From assembly GCA_963825525.1 (NCBI GenBank), contig CAWGTN010000002.1, forward strand, positions 1,920,001 to 1,984,000: 64,000 nucleotides of DNA, in the 5' to 3' direction. This DNA comes from an uncultured Chloroflexia bacterium (GTDB lineage Bacteria; Chloroflexota; Limnocylindria; QHBO01). Under the pieces are notes generated by a model. The model had not been told where the DNA came from and did not search any database. It worked only from the letters and a program-made list of their open reading frames with translations. Of this stretch, positions 28,365-37,728 are shown in pieces (within the stretch, counting starts at the first letter, position 1; each line of letters begins with the position of its first letter). The translations under genes and the position numbers were made by a program.

Positions 28365-29398
28365 CCGATCCCACCTGGCCGATCGTCGGGGTCGTCGGCG
28401 CGCGTGGCGTCGTGGGCGGGATGTTCTGCTCCATCCTGGCCGATGCCGGCCTGCCGGCCGACCGCCTTCGCCCGTTTGGCCACAGGCAAGGCACCACGCT
28501 CGTCTACCGCGGGATCGACATCCCGGTCGAGATCCTCTCCAATGAGCGGGCTGCCGAGATTGATGTGCTGTTCCTCGCGGTCGACGGACCGCAGAGCCGC
28601 GAGATCATGGCCGGAGCCGGGGCTCGCGTCCCGCTGGTCGTCGACAACTCGAGCGCCTTCCGCCTCGCCGATGACGTTCCCCTCGTGGTTCCCGAAGCGA
28701 ATGCCCACGCAGCCCGCGAACGGCAGGGCAACCTCATCGCCAACCCGAACTGCACGACCGCCGCGGTCGTCGTCCCGCTGGTGGTCATCCGCGACGTGGC
28801 GGGCCTGGCGTCGGTCGATCTGGCCTCGTACCAGGCGGTGAGCGGCGCCGGGCGCAAGGGCCTGGACGCATTCGAGGCGGAGCGCGGCACCGACCATCGC
28901 GATCGGGCCACCGACTCGCCGTTCCACGGGCGCATCGCGGACTCGGTCGTCCCGCAGATCGATGTTCTCGACGAGACCGGCTGGACCGGTGAGGAGAAGA
29001 AGATCCACGCGGAGATCCGCAAGATCCTGGAGCTGCCCGAGCTCGACGTGGCGGCGACCACCGTGCGGGTACCGGTCCACACGGGCCACTCGGTTGCGCT
29101 CCACATTCGAACGGAGCGCGATGTCACGGTCGAGGAGCTCGAGGCGGCGCTGCGCGTGGCGGCGGGACTCGAGTACCGACTCGCCGACGGCAGCCAGCGT
29201 CACCCGATGCCGCTCGACGTCGAAGGGCGCGACCCGGTCCTCGTCGGCCGCCTCCGGGCAATTCCGGGCCGCCCGCGCGGCTTCGCGCTCTGGGTGAGCA
29301 GTGACAACCTCCGCAAGGGCGCTGCGCTGAACGCTATTCAGTCTGCGGCGGCCGCCGATCCGGACCGCTTCGGGATGCTCGTCCCGCCGCCCCGGTAA
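28361..29398 (+). CDS. asd: Aspartate-semialdehyde dehydrogenase
   Basis: VGARGVVG, DNSSAFR, ANPNCTT, YQAVSGAG, RVPVHTGHS, DNLRKGAALN. Confidence 0.93.
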   Translation: MTDPTWPIVGVVGARGVVGGMFCSILADAGLPADRLRPFGHRQGTTLVYRGIDIPVEILSNERAAEIDVLFLAVDGPQSREIMAGAGARVPLVVDNSSAFRLADDVPLVVPEANAHAARERQGNLIANPNCTTAAVVVPLVVIRDVAGLASVDLASYQAVSGAGRKGLDAFEAERGTDHRDRATDSPFHGRIADSVVPQIDVLDETGWTGEEKKIHAEIRKILELPELDVAATTVRVPVHTGHSVALHIRTERDVTVEELEAALRVAAGLEYRLADGSQRHPMPLDVEGRDPVLVGRLRAIPGRPRGFALWVSSDNLRKGAALNAIQSAAAADPDRFGMLVPPPR

Positions 29399-29408
29399 GG
29401 CAGCCAGC

Positions 29409-29605
29409 GTGACTCAGTCATCGATGACGCAGCGGACGACCCTGAGTCGCCGCACCCGTACGCGGCTCACCTGATCGTCGACCGCCTGGCTCGACGGATC
29501 TTCCGCGCCCCCTCCGTCGATCCTGATTGGGATGCCGTCCCGTACGACCGCATCCGCGACGAGGCTCGAGCCCTGCTCGACGAGGACACCGCCGCCCGGG
29601 CGTGA
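29409..29605 (+). CDS. Possible small protein (about 65 aa) with an out-of-frame start
   Basis: Open frame 29411-29605 (DSVIDDAADDPESPHPYAAHLIVDRLARRIF..EARALLDEDTAARA) has GC3-rich codons; the GTG at 29409 is out of frame. Confidence 0.35.
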
Positions 29606-29618
29606 GGCCGGCCGTTAT

Positions 29619-29633
29619 GTTGTCCATGCTAAC
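29619..29633. promoter_or_regulatory. Putative operator GTTAGCATGGACAAC (read on the minus strand)
   Basis: Matches the boxes at 43249 and 44648; lies just upstream of TAGACT and the DUF885 gene. Confidence 0.5.
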
Positions 29634-29679
29634 CATCGGCTAGACTTTGGCGACTGTCATCCACAGGAGCCGCCGCCGC

Positions 29680-31311
29680 ATGCCGTCCTTCACCGAGTTG
29701 ACCAACGAGTTCCTTGACGCCGAGTTCGCCGAGTCGCCGGTCCGAGCCAGCAGCCTGGGACTGACCGAGTACGACGAGCGTCTCGACGACCTGTCGGAGG
29801 CCGCATTCGCCCGGCGTCGCGCGAGTGACTCGGCCTGGCTGGAGCGATTCCGCGCGGTGCCGAATGCCGATTTGGCCTTCGACGAGCTCATCGACCGCGA
29901 CCTCGTGATCAGCATCCTGCGCGGTCGGGAGATCGTCGAGGACTTCGAGGTGTGGCGGCGGCAGCCCGATACCTACCTCAATCCCGGGATGACCGGGATC
30001 TTCACCCTCTTCCTCCATCGGCTCCGACCGACCGACGAGCTGGTGAACGCCGCGGTGGCTCGCATGCGCCTGATCCCCGGCAATCTCGAGGACGGCATGC
30101 GGAACCTGCGTTCTGACATGGTGCCGTCCATCTTCCTGGACCGGGCCGCCAACCAGGCTCGCGCCGGCGCCCGATACCTGCGCGAGATCCTTCCCGCGCA
30201 GGTGGATGATGCGCCGATGCGGACGCGTCTGGCCGAAGCGGGGGAGACGGCCGGATCGGCCTACGACGCCTACGTCACCTTCCTCGAAGAGATGCGGCCG
30301 AATGCCACCGGGGAGTGGGCCCTCGGAGAGGCGCGGTACTCCGCGTTGCTGCAGGAGAAGGAGCTGCTGAGCTTCGACGCGCGGGGGCTCCGCGATCGCG
30401 GACAGGCGGCATACGACGAGCTCGCGCAGGAGCTGAAGCGCTGCGCACTGGAGCTGCGTGGCACAGATGACTGGAAGCAGGTCCTCGACGAGCTGAACGA
30501 GGACCACCCGCGCACGCCCGAGGCGATGCGGGTCGGCTACGAGGAGTGGACCGAGAGGGCGCGCAAGTACCTCAGGGAGCATCGGCTCGTGAGCTTCCCG
30601 GAGGGCGAGGAGTGCGCCGTGGTGCCGTCACCCCCGTTCCAGCGACCGGTCCTCGCGGTCGCGTCGTACATGAGCCCGCCACCGTTCAGCGACAAGATGC
30701 TCGGCCATTTCTTCGTCCCGTTCCCGCCCGACGGCGCGCCGGAGGAGGAAATCCAGAAGCGGCTGGCGTCCAACTCGTATCCCAGCATCCCGACCACGTC
30801 GGTGCACGAGGCGTATCCGGGCCACCACTGGCACCTGGTCATGAGCAAGGCGAACCCGAGCCGGCTGCGCCAGGTGTTCCGGACGCCGTACTTCAGCGAG
30901 GGCTGGGCGCTCTACGCGGAGCGCATGATGCGCGAGCAGGGCTTCTTCACCGACCTGGCCCACGAGATGAACCAGTACGAGGCGACGATCTTCCGCGCGG
31001 CGCGCATCGTGGTCGACACGAGTCTCCACATGGGGGAGATGACCTGGGACGAGGCGGTCACGTTCATGACCACGAAGACCGGGCTGACCGAGCCGACCGC
31101 TCGGGCCGAGGTCACGCGCTACTGCGCCTGGCCGACGCAGGCGAGCTCCTACCTGACCGGCAGCCTCGAGATCGCTCGCATCCGCGAGGCGTTCTTCGCC
31201 GCCCGCGGTTCGTCGGACACCGATGCGCTGCGCGCCTTCCACGACGGCATCACATCCTCCGGCGGACTGCCGATTGCCCTCGCCGAGCGCGCGGTGATGG
31301 CCCTGGCCTGA
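29680..31311 (+). CDS. DUF885 family protein
   Basis: HEAYPGHHWH, FSEGWALYAE, RAARIVVD..H, EVTRY, PTQASSYLTG. Confidence 0.88.
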   Translation: MPSFTELTNEFLDAEFAESPVRASSLGLTEYDERLDDLSEAAFARRRASDSAWLERFRAVPNADLAFDELIDRDLVISILRGREIVEDFEVWRRQPDTYLNPGMTGIFTLFLHRLRPTDELVNAAVARMRLIPGNLEDGMRNLRSDMVPSIFLDRAANQARAGARYLREILPAQVDDAPMRTRLAEAGETAGSAYDAYVTFLEEMRPNATGEWALGEARYSALLQEKELLSFDARGLRDRGQAAYDELAQELKRCALELRGTDDWKQVLDELNEDHPRTPEAMRVGYEEWTERARKYLREHRLVSFPEGEECAVVPSPPFQRPVLAVASYMSPPPFSDKMLGHFFVPFPPDGAPEEEIQKRLASNSYPSIPTTSVHEAYPGHHWHLVMSKANPSRLRQVFRTPYFSEGWALYAERMMREQGFFTDLAHEMNQYEATIFRAARIVVDTSLHMGEMTWDEAVTFMTTKTGLTEPTARAEVTRYCAWPTQASSYLTGSLEIARIREAFFAARGSSDTDALRAFHDGITSSGGLPIALAERAVMALA

Positions 31312-31319
31312 CGGCCGAA

Positions 31320-31600
31320 CGTTTCGCGTCCCGTTGCGCGCGTGGTTCGGGTCTCGTTGCGCGTCGCCTCCGTTTGACAACTGCGTGCCTGGTTCGCGTT
31401 AGCAGGCTGAAACGGTGTCTCTGGGCGCATCCTCGAGCGTGAGCGCGTGGCCTGAATCGGCTCAACGCCGGCTAATGCGAACCACAACAGCGGTTGGCGA
31501 GTCGAAGCTGTTCGTCTGGTCATACGCGAACCACCCACGCACAACGCGGAACGCACAACGCGGAACGCAGAACGCACACCACGGAACCTGGAACCGCGGG
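31320..31600. repeat. Intergenic inverted repeats plus a heptamer array
   Basis: GGTTCGCGTTAGC (31391-31403) pairs with GCTAATGCGAACC (31471-31483); 7-bp units ACAACGC/GGAACGC/AGAACGC at about 31541-31596. Confidence 0.6.
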
Positions 31601-32278
31601 TCAGCCGGGGAGCGTGTGGTCGCGCACCTCGTCCAGCACGCAGCGACCGCCGATTTCAACGAACCCGCCGGACACGGGCCGGCTGAACAGGACGGATCCG
31701 CGGCCCTGGTGGATTTCGATCGGGCGGCCGACGCGACTGCCGAGAACGACGGCCGCCGCCCCGGTCGCTTCGTCCTCGCCGATGCCGAGGTCGGGAACGA
31801 AGTATCGGCTTCGTACCGTCCCAGCCGCCTCGTCGATCCAGGCCCACGGGTAGTAGGAGCCGCTCCCGGCCGGCGCTCCCCGCATCGCGTCGACGTCAGC
31901 GGGCGTCGCCAGTTGCTCCATCTGAATGGGATGGACCCACTCGGGGTGGCCACGGATCCAGCGCAGCTCGCCGTCCTGCCACGTGGCGACCTCGCCGGCG
32001 GGCGGACGCAGCGTCTCCACCGGCTCACCGAGCTGGTCCAGGAGCCAGCAGGTGCCAACCGTCGGATGGCCGGCGAAGGGCAGCTCAGCGGCGGGCGTGT
32101 GGATTCGAACCACGCCCCGAACCCGATCCTCCACGAACACGGTCTCGCTGAACCCGAGATCCGCGGCGACGCGCTGGCGGAGCGATGGATCGATGCCCGA
32201 ACCATCGAGGAAGACCCCGAGCGGGTTGCCATGGGTCTCGTCGGGAGCGACGAACACGCGAAGCACGTGAAGCTTCAT
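31601..32278 (-). CDS. PhzF-family isomerase
   Basis: GNPLGV, SETVFV, ELPFAGHPTVG, EDEATG. Confidence 0.9.
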   Translation of the reverse strand: MKLHVLRVFVAPDETHGNPLGVFLDGSGIDPSLRQRVAADLGFSETVFVEDRVRGVVRIHTPAAELPFAGHPTVGTCWLLDQLGEPVETLRPPAGEVATWQDGELRWIRGHPEWVHPIQMEQLATPADVDAMRGAPAGSGSYYPWAWIDEAAGTVRSRYFVPDLGIGEDEATGAAAVVLGSRVGRPIEIHQGRGSVLFSRPVSGGFVEIGGRCVLDEVRDHTLPG

Positions 32279-33855
32279 CGGCGCAGCCGATCGGTGACCT
32301 CGAAGAAGTCGTAGAAGTGGTAGAGGTCCTCGTGCGCCCAGATCCGGTCGGGGAGCAGCGGGAGATCGGCGCCGAAGCGCGCGTTGAAGATGATGCGGAA
32401 CGCGTTCACCGGCGTCAGCGCATCGTGGAAGCCGAATTCCTCGAGATCGACATCGGGCACACGCATGGCATACAGGACGCCGAACTTCTCCTCGAGCTCC
32501 GCGTCGGTCGCGTCGCGCCACTCGAACCGCCACTCGTCCTCGCGATATCGCTTCGGGAATGGCCCCTCGTCGCCCTGAAGCATGATGATCGCGTCCGGCC
32601 CGGATTGGGCCAGGATCCGATCCACGAGCTGGATCATCCGGTCGTTCGCGAAGCTGAGCTGGCGCCGATAGCTCTCGGGCTGCCCCTGCGCCGCCACCTG
32701 CTGGCGGTCCATGAACGACCCGTCACGATCGAACACGTACGGGTCGTGCGGAATGAGCAGGTGCGCGAACACGAACTTCGGGCCGGGCGTGGCGGGGATC
32801 TCGTCGAGGCGCTCCAGCTCATACAACGTGTGCTCGCGCAGGACGCGCCAATCCCAGGGGTCGGTCGGTGCCGCATCCGGCTCGTCGAAGGCCCGCAGGA
32901 TGGTGGTCTGGGCAAGCGCGCTGGAGAACTCGTCCTGGCCCTCGTAGTGGAAGGTCCGATCGGCATCGACGTTGGTCTCGGTCGGCGTCCACCAGTTCGA
33001 GACGTGGAGGTAGCGGTACCCGAGCTCCTTCAAAGCCGAAGGGACGGCCAGGTGGTCCCGAAGGACCCGATGGATCGGCTCGCGATCCTCGCCGCTGGAT
33101 GCGTCGGCCCTCAATGCCGCCGGGTCCAGGAAATCGAGATTCAGCGAGCTGCCGAGCGAGAGGGGCGTCTTGATGTAGTTGCTGTGGGCGTGGCGAGCGA
33201 CCGCGAACCCGCGCGACTCGAGCGCGGTGAGGAACGGCTCGTTATCGAAGTCGTAGGCCTCCTCGAGGGTGGTGGAACCCGCGTAACGGTCGAGGATGAT
33301 GTAGTACACGTCCGGCAAATCGGTGGAGTCGGCGGGCTCCAGGTGGACGGGTGTGACATTCGTCGCCGGTTGGCTCGATCCCAGGGCCACCATGCTGCCG
33401 GCCACGCTCCATGCGTTGAGCAGCAGCGCGATCCCGGCCACCAGGTTCAGGGCGCGTGTCGCGTTCCGCGCATCGCGACCGAAACGCCACGCCAGGCCGA
33501 GCCCGATGAGCACCAGCGCGGCCCATGCGCCGATCAGGGGCCACTGGGAGGTGAGCGACGAGCTCACGGCGTTCCACGCGTGGCCGTATCCGAAGAACCC
33601 GGCGACCAGGACGGTCGTCAGCAGGGCCGCGCGGTGCCATCCGCCGGCGAGCACGGCGAGGATGGCCAGCAGGACGGCCGCCGATCCGACCGCCAGCGCG
33701 AGCGGCCCCCATAGAGGCGCCAGTGTCAGCTGATCGGCGGCGTTCGCCGAAAACAGAAAGACGACCGGGTAGGCGGCGGCGAGCAGTGGATGAACGGGGA
33801 GTGCGCCCCATTCGACTCGTGTGCGATGGCTCACCTGACGCCGTGCGGGTAACAT
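32275..33855 (-). CDS. Membrane-anchored sulfatase/alkaline-phosphatase-fold transferase (LtaS/NoeB-like)
   Basis: About 5 N-terminal TMs; PDVYYIILDRY, SNYIKTPLS (Thr at the nucleophile position), FAHLLIPHDPY, LQGDEG. Confidence 0.75.
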   Translation of the reverse strand: MLPARRQVSHRTRVEWGALPVHPLLAAAYPVVFLFSANAADQLTLAPLWGPLALAVGSAAVLLAILAVLAGGWHRAALLTTVLVAGFFGYGHAWNAVSSSLTSQWPLIGAWAALVLIGLGLAWRFGRDARNATRALNLVAGIALLLNAWSVAGSMVALGSSQPATNVTPVHLEPADSTDLPDVYYIILDRYAGSTTLEEAYDFDNEPFLTALESRGFAVARHAHSNYIKTPLSLGSSLNLDFLDPAALRADASSGEDREPIHRVLRDHLAVPSALKELGYRYLHVSNWWTPTETNVDADRTFHYEGQDEFSSALAQTTILRAFDEPDAAPTDPWDWRVLREHTLYELERLDEIPATPGPKFVFAHLLIPHDPYVFDRDGSFMDRQQVAAQGQPESYRRQLSFANDRMIQLVDRILAQSGPDAIIMLQGDEGPFPKRYREDEWRFEWRDATDAELEEKFGVLYAMRVPDVDLEEFGFHDALTPVNAFRIIFNARFGADLPLLPDRIWAHEDLYHFYDFFEVTDRLRR

Positions 33856-33885
33856 CCGGACAACACTACCCGAGGGGCACTCCCC

Positions 33886-34071
33886 ATGCCGTTACTGGCG
33901 TATATCGATCCCGGGTCCGGCAGCATGCTGCTCCAGGTCCTGCTGGCCGGAGCATTGGCCGTCCCGTTCTTCTTCCGTCGCGTGATCGGCGACGCGTGGC
34001 ATCGAATCAGGGGCGGCCGCACAACATCGCGGCCCGAAGATGGCGCCGAGGACGCCGCCGGCGATCGCTGA
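33886..34071 (+). CDS. YIDPGSGS-motif single-TM micropeptide
   Basis: MPLLAYIDPGSGSMLLQVLLAGALAVPFFFRR; GAGGGG RBS; overlaps the next gene. Confidence 0.75.
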   Translation: MPLLAYIDPGSGSMLLQVLLAGALAVPFFFRRVIGDAWHRIRGGRTTSRPEDGAEDAAGDR

Positions 34072-35455
34072 CTCGCCGACGGTGGATCCGGGCTCCTTCC
34101 GCGATCCCGCCGGCCTCGTCTTCCGCCGTGACGGAACGCTCTACCGGCAGGTGAACCGGGCCGGCGCAGCGGACTGGGACCTGTACCGGTCCTCCGGCCT
34201 CCACGATCGGCTGGTGGCTGATCGCCTCGTGGTCGACCATGTCGAGGAGCCCCTGGACCTCGCGCTCTCGCCGGACGCCGCGGCGGTGATCCGCCCTCGC
34301 CTGGTGGAGATGATCTCGTATCCATACGAGTGGTCGTTCTCGCAGCTCAAGGACGCGGCCCTGCTCACCCTTGACCTCCAGGCGCGCGCACTGGATGTCG
34401 GGATGCGGCTCAAGGACGCCAGCGCCTACAACATCCAGTTCGATGCGGGTCGGCCGATCCTCATCGACACGTTGAGCTTCGAGGCCGCTGCGCCCACCGA
34501 GCCGTGGCCCGCATATCGCCAGTTCTGCGAGCACTTCCTGGCGCCCCTCGCGCTCATGGCGCACCGCGACGTGCGCTGCGGACTGATGCTGCGCGAGTTC
34601 ATCGATGGCATCCCGCTCGACCTGGCAGCTCGCCTGATGCCGGGACGCACGAAGCTGAACCCGGGACTGCTGGCGCATCTCCACCTGCACGCGGGCGCGC
34701 AGCGTCGAGCGGCCAACGAGACGCCTCCGGCGGAGGGCGCGCCGAAGCGAGCTCGCACGGTCAGCGCCACCGGCCAGCGCGCGCTGCTCGACTCGATTCG
34801 CCGCACGATCGCGGGGCTGAGCTGGCGTCCGCGAAGCCACTGGGCCGGGTACGCGACAACCACCTCGTACAGCGAGACGGCCACCGCCAGCAAGGGAAGC
34901 CTGGTGCGCGACATGCTCGACGAGGTGGCGGGCACCACGGCCTGGGACCTCGGGGCCAACACCGGCGTGTACAGCGCAATGGCCGCCGATGCCGGCTACC
35001 GGGTGGTCGCCTGGGACCAGGACGCGGCGAGCGTCGAGGCCCACTGGCTGCAGGTGCGAGGCGACGGCCGCCCGTCGATCCTGCCCCTGGTGCTTGACCT
35101 GGCGAACCCGTCGCCGGCCATCGGCTGGGCGCTCGAGGAGCGTGCCTCGTTCATCGAACGAGGCGAACCCGACGTGATCCTGGCGCTGGCGCTTGTCCAC
35201 CATCTCGCCATCGGCAACAACGTGCCACTCGCGGCCATCGCCCGCCTGTTCGCGCGCATGTCGCGCCATGCCATCGTCGAATTCGTGCCGAAGGACGACC
35301 CGATGACGCGGCGCCTGCTCGCCGCGCGCCCGGACATCTTCGACTCGTACACCCTCGATGGCTTCCGCGCCGATGTCGAGGCCACGCATCGGATCGTCCG
35401 CGAGGAGCGCGTCGCCGATTCACCGCGCACCCTGTTCCTGCTCGAGCGGCGCTGA
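34040..35455 (+). CDS. NoeA-like kinase-fold plus class I SAM methyltransferase fusion
   Basis: SFRDP, SYPYEWS, LKDASAYNIQF..ILIDTLSF; C-terminal WDLGANTG, LALALVHHLAI, EFVPKDDPM. Confidence 0.8.
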   Translation: MAPRTPPAIADSPTVDPGSFRDPAGLVFRRDGTLYRQVNRAGAADWDLYRSSGLHDRLVADRLVVDHVEEPLDLALSPDAAAVIRPRLVEMISYPYEWSFSQLKDAALLTLDLQARALDVGMRLKDASAYNIQFDAGRPILIDTLSFEAAAPTEPWPAYRQFCEHFLAPLALMAHRDVRCGLMLREFIDGIPLDLAARLMPGRTKLNPGLLAHLHLHAGAQRRAANETPPAEGAPKRARTVSATGQRALLDSIRRTIAGLSWRPRSHWAGYATTTSYSETATASKGSLVRDMLDEVAGTTAWDLGANTGVYSAMAADAGYRVVAWDQDAASVEAHWLQVRGDGRPSILPLVLDLANPSPAIGWALEERASFIERGEPDVILALALVHHLAIGNNVPLAAIARLFARMSRHAIVEFVPKDDPMTRRLLAARPDIFDSYTLDGFRADVEATHRIVREERVADSPRTLFLLERR

Positions 35456-35525
35456 GCGCGCGGTTGGGCAGGCTGCACAGTCATCCACTTCGACACTCCA
35501 GGTTGAGCACCGTAGGATCGGCACC

Positions 35526-36317
35526 ATGAACCGCGAGCGCATCAGCTGGCTGATGGACATGGATGGCGTCATCGTGCGCGAGGAGCACCTCGTGCCGGGC
35601 GCCGATCAGTTCGTTGCCCGACTCACCGAGACCGGCCACCCGTTCCTCATCCTCACCAACAACTCGATGTTCACGACGCGTGACCTTGCCGCGCGGCTCG
35701 GACGGCTGGGGCTGCACGTCAGCCCGGACCGGATCTGGACATCGGCCCTGGCGACCGCAAAGTTCCTGGATGACCAGCGGCCGGACGGCAGCGCGTTCGT
35801 CATCGGCGAGGCTGGGCTGACGACGGCCCTGTACGAGGCCGGCTACACGCTCGTCGAGAACGATCCCGATTACGTCGTGCTGGGCGAGACGCGGACCTAC
35901 AGCTTCGAGCGGATCGCGCGTGGCATCCAGCTCATCAGCCGCGGGGCGCGGTTCATCGCGACGAACCCAGACCCCACCGGTCCGAGCGCCGCGGGGCCGA
36001 TCCCCGCAACGGGTTCGGTGGCGGCGCTCATCTCCGCGGCGACAGGGGTTCAGCCGTACTACATCGGCAAGCCCAACCCGCTGATGATTCGCTCCGCCCT
36101 GCGTCAGATCGGCGCGCACTCGGAGTCAACGGTGATGATCGGCGACCGGATGGACACCGATATCGTCACCGGTCTCGAGGCGGGTCTCGAAACCATCCTC
36201 GTGCTCACCGGCATCACCGAGGACGAGGGGCAGGCGCAGCGCTTCAGCTACCTGCCGACCCGCATCGTGGGCTCCGTTGCCGAGCTGATCGACGAGATCG
36301 AGCCCGTCCCGGCCTGA
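35526..36317 (+). CDS. HAD-IIA hydrolase (NagD-like)
   Basis: DMDGV, LTNNS, ATNPD, GKPNP, IGDRMDTD. Confidence 0.9.
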   Translation: MNRERISWLMDMDGVIVREEHLVPGADQFVARLTETGHPFLILTNNSMFTTRDLAARLGRLGLHVSPDRIWTSALATAKFLDDQRPDGSAFVIGEAGLTTALYEAGYTLVENDPDYVVLGETRTYSFERIARGIQLISRGARFIATNPDPTGPSAAGPIPATGSVAALISAATGVQPYYIGKPNPLMIRSALRQIGAHSESTVMIGDRMDTDIVTGLEAGLETILVLTGITEDEGQAQRFSYLPTRIVGSVAELIDEIEPVPA

Positions 36318-36338
36318 GGACACTGGGACAATGCGCGA

Positions 36339-36971
36339 ATGGCTACGAAGCGCGATGGCCCGGTGAGCGACGAGCTCGTCATCGAGCCGCTCACCCCCGA
36401 CCGGCTTGTGGATCTCGCGCGCCTGTTCAGCCAGGGTGGCGACCCGAAGTGGTGCTGGTGTGCCTGGTACCGCGCACGGAGCATCGACTTCCGCACGGCC
36501 ACCGCCGCCGACAACCGCCGCCTGATGGAATCGGCCGCCCGGACCGCGGCCGGACAGGGTCGTGCACCAGGTCTCATTGCGTACCGGTCAGGTGAGCCGA
36601 TCGGCTGGGTCAGCGTCGGTCCGCGCGAGGACTACGAACGCCTGGAGCACTCGAGAGTGCTTGGACGCGTGGACGAGCGGCCGGTGTGGTCGATCGTGTG
36701 CTTCGTCGTCGCGCGTCGCTCACGCGGCGAGGGGATCGCGACGGCCCTGCTCTCGGCCGCCGTCGAATATGCGCGCGACCACGGCGCCACCCTGCTCGAG
36801 GCCTACCCGGTCGACGCGTCGGACGGTCGCGTCCCCGCCGCGGCCGCCTTCAAGGGGACGCTCGGCATGTTCGAGCGAGCCGGCTTCAAGGTCGTTGACC
36901 GCCGCCGGGCGAACAACGCGGGTGCAGATCGTCCGATCGTTCGGCGCGCCATCCGTCGCCGGCGCGGCTGA
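36339..36971 (+). CDS. GNAT acetyltransferase
   Basis: CWC, IGWVSVGPR, WSIVCFVV..RGEG, EAYPVD, FERAGF. Confidence 0.85.
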   Translation: MATKRDGPVSDELVIEPLTPDRLVDLARLFSQGGDPKWCWCAWYRARSIDFRTATAADNRRLMESAARTAAGQGRAPGLIAYRSGEPIGWVSVGPREDYERLEHSRVLGRVDERPVWSIVCFVVARRSRGEGIATALLSAAVEYARDHGATLLEAYPVDASDGRVPAAAAFKGTLGMFERAGFKVVDRRRANNAGADRPIVRRAIRRRRG

Positions 36972-37008
36972 AGCCCTGCGCCAGGAGCGCCGATGAGCGC
37001 AGGACTGC

Positions 37009-37728
37009 CTAGTCGACGACCTCGATCCGGATCCGCTTGTTGATCCTGCCCTTGCTCTCGTAGCCGGTCACCCGCACGTGCCCGATCTCGCGGGTGTTTG
37101 CGACGTGCGTCCCACCATCGGCCTGCAGGTCCAGCCCGACGATCTCGATCGTCCGGACCTCGCTGATTCCCTCGGGCAGCAGGTTGATCTTCGTGCGGAT
37201 GAGGTCGGGGATCGCGAACGCCTCGTCGCGCGGCAGGACATTGACCCGGATCTCGCGATCAGCCGCGACCTCGGCGTTCACGCGCTCCTGGATCTCGCTC
37301 ACGAGCTCGCCCGACATCGTCTCGAACTCGAAGTCCATCCGGCCGGAGAGCGGCTCCATGTTGCCGCCGGTGACCGATGCCTGGTAGTCGCGCCAGACCA
37401 CCCCACACAGCACGTGCAGCGCCGAATGCGTCCGCATCAGCCGATGGCGCCGCTCCCAGTCGATGCGCGCCGTGACCCGCGTTCCGACGGTGGGAGGCTC
37501 CCCGTCGACCGTGTGCCACACGTCCGCGCCCCGCTTCTTCGCGCCGGTCACCCGCCACGAGCCGCCGGCTGCGCCGATGAGCTCGCCGGTGTCGGCCGGC
37601 TGCCCACCGCCGCCGGGATAGAAGACGGTCCGATCGAGCAGCACCGCGTTCGGATCGGCGTCGAGCTCCCGGACGACCGCCGCGGTTTCGCGCGCGTAGG
37701 CATCGGCGTAGCAGATGTTTTCGCTCAC
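37009..37728 (-). CDS. alaX: Alanyl-tRNA editing protein (AlaX type)
   Basis: DRTVFYPGGGGQP, MRTHSALH, DLQADGGTHV. Confidence 0.9.
   Translation of the reverse strand: MSENICYADAYARETAAVVRELDADPNAVLLDRTVFYPGGGGQPADTGELIGAAGGSWRVTGAKKRGADVWHTVDGEPPTVGTRVTARIDWERRHRLMRTHSALHVLCGVVWRDYQASVTGGNMEPLSGRMDFEFETMSGELVSEIQERVNAEVAADREIRVNVLPRDEAFAIPDLIRTKINLLPEGISEVRTIEIVGLDLQADGGTHVANTREIGHVRVTGYESKGRINKRIRIEVVD

Noticed and set aside
31541-31596. Heptamer array or EP repeats as a CRISPR array
   Set aside because: Units are contiguous with no unique spacers, and there are no cas genes.
31601-32278. Phenazine biosynthesis
   Set aside because: Lone PhzF-family gene with no phzA/B/D/E/G.
33886-35455. 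RiPP precursor with tailoring enzymes, or nodulation genes
   Set aside because: The peptide is a TM helix with no leader/core pattern, no peptidase or exporter is adjacent, and nodABC are absent.
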